A stretch of DNA of 64,000 bases. It comes from Antedon mediterranea (taxonomy: Eukaryota > Animalia > Echinodermata). Position 1 is the stretch's first letter, and the number at the start of each line of letters is the position of its first letter. The notes under the pieces were generated by a model. The model had not been told where the DNA came from and ran no database searches. It worked only from the letters and a program-made list of their open reading frames with translations. This document shows, piece after piece, positions 26,960 through 40,300 of this stretch. The DNA lies in the NCBI RefSeq assembly GCF_964355755.1, contig NC_092670.1, forward strand, positions 31,608,388-31,672,387. The letters are read 5' to 3'. A program made the position numbers and the translations under genes.

Positions 26960-27400
26960 AGACTTATATTTGTATGTGTCCATCATATCAATTTCTCAGT
27001 ACCTTTTCTAAGCGGTTTATATCTTTACTTTTTGGATACCAAACAACCGATGCATGTTCTAAAATTTGTCTTATGATTGACTTGAAAAGAGTAATCAATT
27101 TTGCTTCAGAAATCCTCTAAAACATCTTTTAATGATGCCTATCCTCTGATAAGCCTTCATGCAAACTTCTTTATGACGAGTAATTTCAAATCTTTCGATA
27201 TTAAAACCAAGATCTTTCTGGTTAACAACTTTTTTACATATTGAAGAGAAGCGTGGAACCTTAAAATTAGGAACCATTGCTTTGACCAGGATGACAACAT
27301 ACCTAAGTCCTACTGTAGCAGGTCACAATCATCATATATAGCTTATAATTTCTTTTAATATTTTAATATCGTCCGCAAACATTTTGGCAGTTGCTTCCCG
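26960..27400 (-). mobile_element. Degraded CR1-group RT fragment
   Basis: Minus-strand pieces AKMFADDIKI, KDLG...KAYQRIGIIKRCF and ILEHASVVWYP. Confidence 0.6.
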
Positions 27401-27859
27401 CCATTCTTTATTCTTATTCTCATTCTTTATTTCCTCTCTCTCTTTTTAAAAATGCCGTCACCATTTCATACCATTTATTGTGCAATGTATTAATAACGAA
27501 TTGCAACACCTTAATAGATAGCATATACCCTAGGCCTATATTTCTTTGATTTTATGTTTGATATACAAACAAACGGTAAAAAGCGTCAATGAATGATATA
27601 TATTGTATGTTTGTTATGACAGTGATAAACCCAAAACAACAACTGCGATAACGTAAACTAGGTAATTTTAAAAAAGAAGATTAAAAAATGAAAACTCCAC
27701 CTCCACTAAATGAACACACCAATTGAAGAATAAACACTCATTGTCGATAATCATTTGTACTTTTATTTTCTGTAGAGATCTTATATACTACCATTTGTTT
27801 TAATCTAATCAATACATCATACATAACGGAAACAAAAAATATCGATTCTTTCATGTCAC

Positions 27860-28138
27860 GATTATTATATATCCTTGGTTCTCTATTGTTCATCCTGTAT
27901 ATCAATGATATGCCGATGACACATCTATGTTATTTTCAATAAAACATTTTAACTATCTGTATGAAGAACCTAAATTAATAAAATAGTAAATTAAATACGT
28001 TATTTTTCCGGCAATAAACTTTCTAATAATTTCAATAAATCAAATGCTTTATGGATGAAACAATCTTATAAAATCTCCAAATCTTTAATGACATTGAGAT
28101 TCAACTGGTAGACCTCGTTAAGTTTCTTGGTGTATTAA
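27860..28138 (+). mobile_element. Degraded CR1/Crack-type RT fragment that was the target of the L2 insertion
   Basis: ILGSLLFILYINDM, ADDT and VKFLGVL; the motif resumes as IDSYLSWKH at about 32034 beyond the L2. Confidence 0.55.
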
Positions 28139-28139
28139 T

Positions 28140-31100
28140 AAATGATAATAAATGAAAACTTATATAGCGCCGGTATCCTCCACCCATGTGGCGCTCATGG
28201 CGCTTTGTGCATTAACAACGTGCGAGAACATCAGCGAATAGCGACGTCTTTAGGTTGGTCTTGAAACTGTTTAGACTAGTTGAGCATTTAACTGTTGCTG
28301 GTAAGCTGTTCCATACACTTGCGGCCGCAACGTAAAAAGATCTCTGACCCCATTGATTTTTCGCTCTACGCTCTTGAAGAAGGTTTTGTGACAATGATCG
28401 TAGGCCTCTGCGGGATGATTCGTAACGATCCACAAGGTCAGATAAATAAGCAGGAGCACTGTCATTTAGGATCTTAAATACAAACAACGCAAGTTTGTAC
28501 TTAATACGTTGTTGAACAGGCAACCAATGCAAATCCATCAGAACAGGAGTTATGTGAGCGTTTGATTTTGTATAAGTTACAATTCTAGCTGCCATATTTT
28601 GCAAGCGCTGCAAACGTTGTATTTGAGATTTTGGTATGCCAAACAACAAGGCATTACCAATGTCAATTTTAGAAGTGACAAATGAGTGTACAATCAATTC
28701 AGCTGTTTTCTTGTTGAGATTACCGCGAATACGACCAAGGTTCCTAATCGATATGCATGCTGCTTTGGATACAGTTGTTATTTGTGCTTCCATAGTGAGA
28801 TTACTATCCAGCATGATTCCCAGATTCCGGACCACCGATGAGGGAGCGATGTTAGAGTTTCCGATTCTGATATGTGTGATGTTGATTTTGGAGATGTTAC
28901 ATTTAGACCCGACGATAATAAACTCTGTCTTTCCATCATTCAACTTTAGGTAATTTGTTGTCATCCAATTGCGAACATCTTCTATACAGGCTTCCATCTT
29001 ACTGATTGCTGCAGCAACATCCCTTTGCACTGGATTTACTGACACATAAATCTGTGTATCATCTGCATAGAAATGGAAATGTAGACTGTGTTTGCGAATA
29101 ATGTCACCAAGGGGAAGCGTATAAATGGAAAACTGGCCAGGCCCAATTACTGACCCCTGTGGTACACCATATTCCAGGCAAGCTTCATCTGAGAATGCAT
29201 CATTGATACAGACTAGCTGACGTCTTCCTGTAAGATATGACTGGAACCAGTTAAGAGCAACACCATTAATGCCAATGCGATTTCTCAGACGGGTTATCAG
29301 TCTTTGGTGATCAACAGTATCAAACGCTGCTGACAAATCCAACAACACCAATAGCGTTATTTTCCCATCATTCATTCCTTGTAACAAATCATTCTGTACC
29401 TTTAAAAGGGAACTCTCCGTGCTATGACATGCACGATATGCCGACTGGTAATTCTCATTTAAATTATGCTTTTGAAGATATGGAGTAATGCGTGATGTCA
29501 CTACACGCTCCAGAGTCTTTCCAAGAAAAGAAAGATTCGACACCGGGCGATAATTTTTCAGCGTGTTATGATCCAAGTTTTGCTTTTTTATTAAAGGACG
29601 AACGTGAGCAATTTTCAGTTCATCTGGCACTATGCCGGTATTAAAGAGAATGGTTAATGATTTCCGTTATTATTGGAACGACTGCGTCTATACACTTCTT
29701 CAGTATAGAAGTAGGAACTGGATCTAACCTGCATGATTTTGTTGGTGATTTCATCAGAATGTTGCGGATCTCATCTTGAGATGCTGGTGTAAATGTTGTG
29801 AGATGCTGATGAACAGCTGTCACAGGCCAGGGCCGTAGCCAGGATCTGTCAAGGGGGGGTTCGCACACTAAGTATTTCCCCCCCCCCCTGGGGTGGGGCC
29901 TGAGGCGAAGCAAATTTTGTTAAATGACACCCCTAGATGGCCGGAAAAGACACTCTCATGCAGCATGCTACCAATGAGCAAAACGATCGTACTTGGACTC
30001 GTGGACTATTTAAACGATAACATTTGTTGCCGTATGTTAGATGCGCGTGCTCTGTGCGGAACCGCTCGACTCGATATTTTGTTTTGCGTTCAAGTTCAAT
30101 GCGAACGTACGTCTAGGAGAAGCCCCGAAAAAAGCACACTGGGTGAAGGCAAATGCAATTCTTATTATAGCTCTATCTATAATATTTATTTACAGCAATT
30201 TGTTGAGGAAATTAAATATGCCAATGTAAATAGGTGATATTGATACATTTGAGTACGTATCGGCTGGTGGTCTAGAAAAAAATAATCGGATGCCATAATT
30301 TGAACTACAGTACATGATACCATAGATATTATAGTGTAAAATATTAATATTCACTATCCTCTATGATACATTATACTTCATAGCCACACATAAATACTGA
30401 TGTATGTCGGAAGGCTATACTTTATGCATGCTGCCTGACTGCCAGTGATCTAAACAATTGGTACGCAGTTGTCTGTCGGTGTCCTTTGTACGAATTGTAC
30501 GAATCGTTCGTCCCCCAGCTGCTCGCTGTGAGACGCGTCAATATCATGTTACATGCAGGGACCAAACCAAATTTATTTTTCAGGTTAAAATCGGCAATTC
30601 ATTTGCAACTCTTTACAGACTATATCGCTCGAAGTACGCTCATACAGGGAAGAAGGTACTGTATGAGTTATTCCGAACGAGTTTACGAATTTTTTAATTT
30701 ACGAACAACTTTTTGTACTGTGGGGCACGTATTTGGACGATTTTCGGAGATGAGGGTGAGGTATTGGGCATGTCGGAGATGGGGGTTCGCAGTCGGTTAA
30801 GGGGGGTTCGCTGTAAAGGGGGGGTTCGCCCGAACCATAAAAACCCCCCCTGGCTACGGGCCTGCAGGCTCATTAAATGACATGTCATCAATCTTGAAGT
30901 CGTCTCTGATAATCTTGATCTTGTCTGTGAAAAACTGACAGAACCTGTTCGCAAGATCTAAGTCAGAATGACTATCTGGGAGAGGTGATACCTGGCGATG
31001 ATGAAGGAGTTGGTTAACAATTTTAAAAAGTCCTTTCTGATCTGCTGCATGTTCTTCACACAAGCCAATGTAGTAGTTGGCCTTTGCCTTTCTTACCATG

Positions 31101-32031
31101 GAATTTACATTCCTCTTCTGTGCAATGTAAGCTTGACGATCTATTTCCAGATGAGAGATTCTCCATTTCTTTTCAAGCTTACGCTTTGTTCTTTTCTCAG
31201 CATAGATGTCACTGTTATACCAACTAGTGTTTGGTCGGACCTTTACTGTTCTCTTTTTCGGTGGTGCGTGTTTGTCAAGAAGTTCACTCAAAGTGGTGAC
31301 ATATAGTCGTACTTTACTTGATAAATCAAGATTTGAGAGCGAAGTTCCGAGATCAGACTGTGTGATATCTTTACATAATGTCTCAAAATTTATAGCATTC
31401 CAATGACGAGTTTCGATGGATTTAGTGATTACGGGTGGCTTCTTGATAAGGAGATTACATGTGATTGCATAGTGATCTGATATACCATCAATGACATTAA
31501 GGTTTGAGAAAACAGGAGGATCAGATGAACGAGTGATCAGCAAGTCTAATGTATGACCATGTCGGTGTGTAGGTGTAGACACATGCTGTTGAAGACTGCT
31601 TGCTACAAGTAGATTCTGAAAATGAATTGCATCTGCATCATTTGGCATATCCACATGGATGTTAAAGTCTCCAACGAATAGTATGGGAGCCGGCTTCAAT
31701 ACATAGTGATCAACCAAAGTTGAGAATTCTTCAGTGAAAACATTTAGACTGCAACCCGTTGATTTGCTTTGAGGACGATATACTGCTACGAGGAAAACTG
31801 AGGATGCATTGCTGACTATTTCCACATTTAGCAGTTCAAATGATTTTGGTAATAATCCCGTGTCATAACATTTAACCGCTATGCTTTCCTTGTAAAGAAG
31901 TGCAACTCCACCACCTCTTTTAGTACCAGCACGGGGAGCATGTTTGAGAGAGTATCCGTTGGGTGTAATATTTCCTATAACTGATGTGTCTTCTGGTTTA
32001 AGCCGCGTTTCCGAAAGGGCAACAACATCCA
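28140..32031 (-). mobile_element. L2-clade LINE, 5'-truncated within the APE endonuclease
   Basis: LDVVALSETRL...RGGGVALL, GDFNIH, HTLDLLIT, SDH (APE); NYRPVSNL, LLDLSAAFDTVDH, GVPQGSVIGP, YADDTQ, LHWLPV (RT); 3' UTR ending GCGCTATATAAG plus ATT-type tail. One frameshift at about 29641 and a MITE insertion. Confidence 0.93.
29828..30864. mobile_element. Non-autonomous DNA transposon with 5-bp TSD (hAT5-like) inserted in the L2
   Basis: TIRs CAGGGCCGTAGCCAGG / CCTGGCTACGGGCCTG; TSD CAGGC (29823-29827, 30865-30869); excision restores the L2 frame SFNEP-VTAVHQH. Confidence 0.85.
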
Positions 32032-32465
32032 GTATTGACTCTTATTTAAGCTGGAAACATCAAATGCAAACAGGAAAAACAAAATAATCTTGACAGAGAC
32101 TTCAATATCAACCTTTTAATTTGCACAGATAATTAAACAATTAATTACTACCAATAATTGAAATGTTTACGCTCTCTAGCAACTGAACCCATCAGAATAA
32201 CAAATAAATAAGATACACATGAACATTATTGCCAGGAAAGTGGATTAACTTTTTTGTAAGATTATTTTCCTAATTGCTATTGGTATCTACGAACAGCAGC
32301 ATTTCTAAACTAGTGTCGGTGTCTTCTAGGCTTGCCAAACGCATTCGACACATTTCTACATAAACTATAAAATATGATATAATTATATAAAATATGCCTT
32401 TTCAACTTATTAAAGCTCTTTTTCTGACCTCTAAAATGTACCATGATGTACGTTTTATTTATTAA

Positions 32466-33003
32466 AGATGTATTGTCCCTTGAAACACAAAAAATGAAGG
32501 TCAAAATATTCTAAATTTAAATTGGCCATATCAAAGTAATATTAAAGTTATTCACTTTAAGTTGAAAATTCGAGCCAAAAACAAAAAGTTTACGTAATTA
32601 ACAGGTAAATTAATTTGATTACATTTCGTCTGGAAAATCGTCGTGAGCGAAAGTAAACAAAGATTTCAAACAATGAGTATGCATTATGCATGATGCTAAT
32701 TAGGATTCGTCACGGGTGAAGGTGTTCTCACACAGATCGCGAAAAAGTTTTATGATTATGCATACAGAGTAGCCAAACAAGCGCGTTGCATTATGGGATA
32801 TGTTTTGATCGAAAACTTTGACTCGAAGTCAAAGTTATTTTTTGAAAAAAAAACACGTCTATATTTCAGTTAAATGAATTTTTTTTTCGACTCATTTTCA
32901 GTGAAAGTTAATAACTATTCTATGATACTTCAAAATCACCCACTTTTTTTCGAAATCTTTTTGTTTAACTTTTTTTTAAATTAGTCAAAGGGACAATACA
33001 TCT
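32466..33003. mobile_element. Kolobok-type MITE
   Basis: TTAA|AGATGTATTGTCCCT ... AGGGACAATACATCT|TTAT; related ends at about 19092 and 60590-60829. Confidence 0.7.
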
Positions 33004-33218
33004 TTATCATTTTCATTGTATTATATTATATTAAAATGTAATTTAAACCAAGGCAGCTATGCATAAAGAAACATACAATGTACAGTTACCTAATGTAGCC
33101 TCATTTGCAAATGTTGTATCTATATTACCATAATTATTGTAATTTATTTTTGTTGGTAGAAAATAAAATTTAACATTGAACTTGCGAACTCTGTATAATA
33201 CAAGAATATTTCTTGTTG

Positions 33219-34907
33219 CTAAAAAAATCCAATTTCTCTTCTAACACAATCCCTTAGGTTGATGTAAAAGAGCATAGAACCTTCTGGAGTAGTTGGGATC
33301 TCCCATTCATTGAATATGATTGTATTCAAACAGTATTCAAATAGATCACGGTCACATGGGTATTGGTCTTTGAATTTACTGTATTCTTTACAAAGGTCTA
33401 TTCTCCTCTGATCTACCTGCTTGATGTGATCCCTGCTGTGATAAACCTGTGGCAGCTGAAACATCACTAGAGGGTAACATGGTCTTGCTTAGACCTTCTT
33501 ATCAAATGAGTGTCCCATAACTCCGCTGTTCTATCAAGATCATCCTGCATAAATGTAGACAATGATAATCATAAATACATAATTCATAATCTAAATCCAA
33601 CGTATTACAAGCTTGAAAACGAATAAGCGAGTTTCGAGTGATTGTTTCTCAGAAATGGCATCCATGTATTTATAGCTAACATTATTTAAAAAATGCAATA
33701 TCTTTTTAACCAGGAGCTGTACAGTAGGTATGGCATATGAAGATGTGTTGAAATTTGTGTTGTGATCATGAAATACTATGTACATTAGCTAGATTGACAT
33801 TGAGGTAAAAAAAATCTAATGTAGCCTATTTAATTAAACTACTGCATCTGTTAAAATTTGAAAGCGTTCCTTTATTAGGAAAAAAAACCCATAAATTAAC
33901 AGACAACCAAAATTGATATGCCTTCCATTTTAATGCTTATAATTGATATTCTACATTTACATGAAGATGCCAGATGATCAACAGGCATTATGAGTGGAAT
34001 ATGCCTTCCTTACATTGGATACTGGTTGGTTAACGCACAGATTCATGACAGAAGTTACTAACCTGAATAAGCCTCATGAACACAAATCTAACAAGTTCTT
34101 TGTCCAATAAGTCACCAGAGAAGTGGCCTTCATGAATAAGATATTTAAAAATCAAAATCCAAAACTCTGTGCACTGCTTCCTTAATTGTCCCCACCAAGA
34201 TTCTATCCTTTGGTTTGCCGTACTTTGGCCACTCAAGTAACTCTTTTTGCCAGCAAACGTGTCATCATGATTTCTGAGAAACATCTGAAATGCCGCAATA
34301 TGCCCATTTTCTGTTCCTTTGTCTGTTCTGACAAGAGTAGGACATCCTCCTATCCTTTCGACTGCTTTCAAGAAGAAACCTCCAATATAAGCTGGATCAT
34401 TTGTTGTGCTGTTCGCCTCAAGCCAAATTAGTTTTCTTGAAAACCCATCAATGCATCCATTAATACCAATGCCATATACGGTTTGAGTTTGTCCATTGAA
34501 TCGACATGCCATACAAAATTCGGCCCTCTGGCTGAATATCGTCGACGTACTAATCTTCGCCTTTTCCGAAGCTTCACCCCTTCTGGATCTAGTTCAAGTA
34601 GAATCTTTCTAACGTTTTCTCTACTAACAACCATACCTGCCTTTAACAACCTCAGATGCATCCAGCGATAACCATGTAACTCACCACCTCTTTGCAATAG
34701 ATTTAGTATAAATCTTTTAACTTGATCAATGTCAGTTTGTTGTCTGTGACGGTACAGTTCTAGGCGCTGTAGTTCCCTTTGCAGCTGACAAATGCTTATG
34801 TTAACGTCATAACAGCAACTCAATGTGGCTGCTATTTCAACATGTGTATACCCAGACTTGAAATAATACTTGATAAGTTCATCCGTTTCATTCAATGCCA
34901 CTTCCAT
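33219..34907 (-). pseudogene. IS3EU DDE transposase; exons 34907-34063 and 33544-33219
   Basis: N-terminal HTH-like region, GYRWMH, LDPEGV..RRRY...GPNFVWHVD (D1), GCIDGFSR, VRTDKGTEN (D2), NQRIESWW (E); phase-0 intron LIQ|DDLD...WDTH; frameshifts at about 34478 and 33473. Confidence 0.9.
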
Positions 34908-35674
34908 GAAGATTAAATTATAAGAAAAAAAAAAGTACAATTAACACCAAATTTACAAAGATATACTGAATATCTTTCACAAAAGACAGCTCACTGTTCC
35001 AACCTGTAGGCCTATGTCAGAACAACAACACATACAGTATAATGTTACAATGTCATAAAATTGTGAAATGCCACACTCACAATGATTTTCAACTAATGCC
35101 TATATTAATAATTCCAAATAAACGTATGATCTCCATTGAAGAAGTCTAATTATGTTTGTCTCCGTTTATAATGGTTATACATTAAACCATGGAGGGCCTC
35201 CATCACGATTAGGCCTAGCCTTATAATAGGTATTAGCAACATTATTACTAAATAAGTACTATTTAAGCATGGACCTAATTTATAGGTCTATGATTTAAGT
35301 AAGCAATATGCACAGTTCTAGTGTTAATTATAGGGGGCGCTATTTCGTGTAACAGTATGCCTTGAGTTGAGAAACTATTTTCCAAATTTAAAAAAATTGC
35401 ATAATAATACTATAACCGGTCCTAGTTCTGAGAGCGGGATCGATTAAATTCCTGATTGTGATAATTATACTTATAGGCATCTTTCAGCTATGTCCAGCGC
35501 TAACAGGAAGCATACATTTTGATAACATAACAATTAACATGAAGCGCATCACACACGCACGCAACCCCTTCGGCCCACCATTTATTATAGAATACTGTAG
35601 GCCTACAGGCCTAGCTAGTAACTATTATTAGTAATTATTATTAGGCTCAGCCTACCAGCCCATTAATTTAATTA

Positions 35675-35956
35675 ATTATCTATCGTCACTTGCACTTATA
35701 GTGTAAAATTTTACAAGGCCAATTTTCAATCAAATAATTATATTGTCCAAGGTATAAACATGTTTCTTATAATACAATAATAATAACTAGGCCTACTTGG
35801 CCTATACTTACTTTTGATTTCTGTGTTTCTTACACGTGACGCTGTGGAGGCGTACTACGCATGCGCATGTACGTGTGAACGGATTGTATAATTAGGGCGT
35901 TATAACGCCGTATTATTATAAAAAAAAATTTTCTTTGGCGGAAATCAGCCACCGTA
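35675..35956 (-). repeat. Right terminal inverted repeat of the IS3EU element
   Basis: About 280 bp reverse-complementary to the left end. Confidence 0.9.
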
Positions 35957-36347
35957 TAATTCACCTAACACAATCTGCAATTATTCAATTAATAACACTA
36001 ACTACAATGGACTGTGCAATATTTTATTTAGAGAGTCGTCTTCAAACGCACCAAAATTAGGCTATATTCTAGACCCATATCAGGTACAACCAAGCAGAAC
36101 TTATCAGTTTCCAACAGGGCTGGAAGCCCCTGTATGCTGCGGCAGTGGACATCAACATAACACCAATGGATTGGGCCTAGGTATACTAGGCCTGGACCTG
36201 CGTGTGTCTGCGGGAAAGTCTTCAATCATAATTCGTAATGCTCTTGTAATAACATCAAAGTCATCACACAGCATGAGAGGTAAGCCGCTTTTGTACAATA
36301 CTCACTATGCTACTACCGCCACGTTTCAACCGTTGGTTACCAAATAT

Positions 36348-36374
36348 GGCGATGTTGAACTCAACCCAGGCCCA
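36348..36374 (+). other. 2A-like (StopGo) ribosome-skipping motif GDVELNPG|P
   Basis: Exact match to D(V/I)ExNPGP, in frame and shortly upstream of the APE start motif YYQNVRSL. Confidence 0.85.
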
Positions 36375-36477
36375 GATACAGCAGAAGCAGATGGTTTAGC
36401 TAGGCATTCGCCACGACAACTTGGTGTTTACTACCAAAACGTGCGTAGCTTAAAAAATAAATTTGAAACTCTACATT

Positions 36478-37368
36478 TTTTTTCTCTTTTGTGGGGGCAA
36501 CTCACTTTTATTGCAATGATAAACAATATGGTGAAGGTTACAGTATATGTCTATCTCTCTATTTATCAATGAATATTTAAGTGATATTAGGCCTACACAG
36601 ACAGGGGTTAAAAGATTATATAAAATATTTTTATATTGTGTTGAAATCTAGATAAAACAAACATGTATACAGAGACAATTTATATTACAGAGCTAAAACG
36701 ATATAAAGATTGATATTCAGTATTAAAAAGAGATTTGATATAATATAAATATATATGATAAAATGGTATATTGCATTATAAGATTATGTTTTGTTTGAAT
36801 ACTTTTATAAAATTGTATAGTTTTACATTTTGAACATAATATTGCTTTTATTATTTATATGATAAAATAACAAACTAATAAATATTGCAAAGCTAAACCC
36901 AAACCGAAGTATGGGGATACGCCCTCGTCGCTAGCCAGGTTTATTTTAATAGTTCTAGTTTAAATCCTGGCTAGCACCAGTTGCGTCTCGGTCATCCCGG
37001 ACTCGGGCGCCTCCTAGAAAACAATAATATAATAATGATGGTAAACTAACAATTGATCTAAATCAAGAAAATATACTGTATACCGTACGTTTATGTTTAT
37101 TCTTGTGTATTTCTTAATTAAATTTTTAGATAATTGATTCAAGGAGTTTTTCTTTACGTCGTTCCATTTTCTTTCTGCTTTGTTTAGATTACATAAGTAT
37201 TCGTTTGAAATTAAATTTTTTAGTTCTATCTTAAATAAATTCCAAGTGATAATCCGTTTGCTTGTTTTATAAATAATGCACGATTTGTAAATACTAAATG
37301 TAAATAAAGAGATGAGTTCATTAACAAGCGTGTTCTGAGTTCCTAAAACTATGTCTGACCATTCGGGG
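36478..37368 (-). mobile_element. 5'-truncated L1/Tx1-type LINE inserted in the CR1 endonuclease
   Basis: 13-bp TSD GAAACTCTACATT (36465-36477, 37369-37381); T-rich tail at left; ORF2 C-terminal remnant WSDIVLG...LVNELISL...IYKSC. Confidence 0.8.
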
Positions 37369-40300
37369 GAAACTCTACATTCCGACATGACGGCACATAT
37401 GATAAATGGAACATACGATAATTATAGTTGCCTTTACTGAGACCTGGCTCAAGGAATTTGTTCTCGACTCGGAACTAGAAATTGAAAACTTCAATCTCTA
37501 CAGACGAGACAGACCAGGAAATCGCAGAGGTGGTGGAGTTGCGGTCTACATATCGGATCAACTAAAAAGTCGCAAAATTGAAGACTTGGAAAATGATAGC
37601 AATGAACTCCTTTGGGTGGAGATCACAGTATCCAGAACCCAACGGATCATCGCTGCTATTTATTACAGACCTCCGAGCTCCGGTAGAGAAACCATTAATA
37701 ACCTGATTACTGCACTTGACACTGCCGTTGAACGTTATCCTGATCATAACCTTCTGGTTATTGGAGACTTCAACCTACCAGATATTACTTGGAATAACAA
37801 CGGTACTTACTCAGTACCAGCTAACTCCTTTTCAGAACTTGTCATGGACTCCGTAATTCATGGTCACAATATTTCTCAGTGCAATAAATTTCCAACATGT
37901 AATAATAGAATTCTAGACCTTGTACTGTGCAATAATAATAATATTATTTCTGATATTTCTGCAGGCCAGAATATCTTTAACTCAATTCTTTAACATAATT
38001 CAATTTCAATTTCATTTCAATTTGTAAATATAATTTAATTAATAATAATAAATCTAGATATTTTATAATTATAGACGAGCCAATTTTGGTGAATTAAACA
38101 ACACGTTTGAAAAAATTCCATGGCATATCCTAGATTTTGCAACAGACATCAATGAACGTGTTGGAATGTTTTACGATCTTGTTGATGCGGCTGTCAGGGA
38201 CCTTGTACCCACCATTAAAATTCGCAAAAAAAGTCCTAAATGGTTTAATGCCGAGCTTGTGAAAGCCTTAAAATCTAAAGAACATTACCATCGTATATGG
38301 AAACAATTTCCATCCATCATTTCACGTCAAAACTTCTGTGTTGCCAGAACTAATTTCAAAAAATTATCAAATTGTAAATATAAGGCTTACCTGAAATGCA
38401 TCTCCTGACCTTGTTGCAAGTCCTAAGCGATTTTGGACTTGGATCAAGTGTAAACGAAAAACTACATCTAATGCCAATAGTATCTCTGATGGGGTTAAGG
38501 TTGCTGACAGCCCGCAAGCAAAAGCCACACTTTTTAACGACTTTTTTGTTTCAGCTTTCTCGGACTCCAGGGATATCCCCTATTGCCGAGCATTTAGATC
38601 TGCCTGAACTCAACGTCGATGTCCTCAATAACATCAGTATTTATCAAGATAATGTCGAATACCTCTTGAGGTCAGTCAGTGTGGATAAGGCAGTTGGCAA
38701 TGATCCTATCAGTAATCATACTCTTAAACTCTGCTCTTCTACCTTATCTTTACCCATTACCAATATTTTTAAACATTCAATTTCATCTGGCACTTTCCCT
38801 GACCAGTGGAAGACAACAAACGTTGTCCCAATACATAAAAATGGTTCAAAATCTAAAGTCCAAAATTATAGACCCATCTCCCTCCTCCCCACTATCTCCA
38901 AAATTCTTGAAAGGCTTATCAACACTCAACTTTTATGTCATGTTTCGCCCATTATTTCCCAAGATCAACATGGCTTCATGCCTGGTAGATCTTGTGAAAC
39001 AAACCTTGCTACTCTTCTGTCTACCGTGTATGAAGCCATCGAAACTAAAAAGCAATGTGACATAATCTACACCGACTTTAGTAAAGCTTTTGATAAATTG
39101 TCCCACAACCTATTATTATTAAAACTTCATCAGTTTGGCATCAATGGTACTTTATTTTCATGGTTTAAAAGTTATCTTGGCGGTAGGATGCAGAGAGTAG
39201 TAATTGATGGTGCCACTTTCAATTCTCTCCCAGTCATCTCAGGCGTGCCTCAAGGTTCCATTCTTGCCCCCCTGCTGTTCAATATATTTGTTAATGAAAT
39301 ACCAAATCTCTTTCAAAATTCCAACTGTCTTATGTTCGCTGACGACCTCAAGATTTACAAAATTATTACCACTACTGAGGACTCCGTTGCACTTCAGGCA
39401 GATCTGGAAAGACTCGGTACGTGGGTTTCCGACTGGAAAATGTCCCTGAAGTCCGAGAAATGCAAAGTCCTGTCTTGCTCTCTTAAGAAAAAACCTATTA
39501 TTTTCGCTTACTCAGTTCAAGAAGAAGTCCTTTAAAGTGTAAACTCTTACCGGGACCTCGGCATTTTCATCGACCGTAAACTGACATTTATTTCACACGT
39601 TGATCATGTTGTCAGAAAGGCCAATAGGCTGCTTGGGCTGATGTGGCGCAATTGCAAACATTTTTCTCCATACACCAAACGTGCGCTTTATCTTTCCCTC
39701 GTCCAACCATCTTTTAATTTCTGTTCAATTATTTACAATTCACTCTCTGCTTCTCAAGCCTCCAGAATTGATCGGACCCATAACAATTTCTTGCGCTTCG
39801 TCGGCCCAGCAGCCAACATGCCTCCTATTGGAGTGTTGACAAAGTGCGAGGCACGCGAGGCATGCCAAATATTTGTGCGAGGCATCATTTTATCATTTCC
39901 AAAAGTGCGAGGCATGCGGGGCATATAGTTTACAATTTCAAAAAGGTGCGAGGCATATCTTAACGTGCTATTATGCTATATTATAGGCCTAATAATCAAT
40001 CGATACAAGCGTATCTAAATAGATTCGTGTATACACTCATCATGTTGTTTATTTTTATGTAACGATTGTTTTTTCATTCAAGTCATATCGTGTCAAATTT
40101 TACTTTTACAAAAGTGCCCAAACTACGGTTCAAAAATCTGAACTACAGTCTTCAACTTTCGATAAACAATAATTGTTATAGCGACACACTCATCAAATGA
40201 CTGCAATGTTTGTTGGCATTTCGAGCGTGTTCACTCACATGTCTCTCGAACATAGCAGAGTGAAAATAATATTTTGTCACACCCCTGCGCCTAGATCCGG

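Larger units (their letters stand above)
18438..35956. mobile_element. IS3EU-type DNA transposon, 17.5 kb including nested insertions
   Basis: Termini TACGGTGGCTGATTTCCGCCAAAG...CTTTGGCGGAAATCAGCCACCGTA; perfect 6-bp TSD TAATTC (18432-18437, 35957-35962); long TIRs; internal IS3/integrase-like DDE transposase. TAY..RTA termini with 6-bp TSD fit IS3EU. Confidence 0.9.
35957..39828 (+). mobile_element. CR1-group LINE body (leader-2A-APE-RT), frameshifted and interrupted
   Basis: YYQNVRSL, FTETWL, RRDR..RRGGGV, GDFNLP, ILDLVL (APE); NYRPISLL, QHGF, DFSKAFD, GVPQGSIL, FADDLK, RDLG (RT). The 3' end is lost at a DNA-transposon junction. Confidence 0.9.

Noticed and set aside
28271-31406. Antisense and alternate-frame ORFs over the L2 and its MITE
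   Set aside because: Shadow frames of the RT/endonuclease coding sequence or of GC-rich TIRs.
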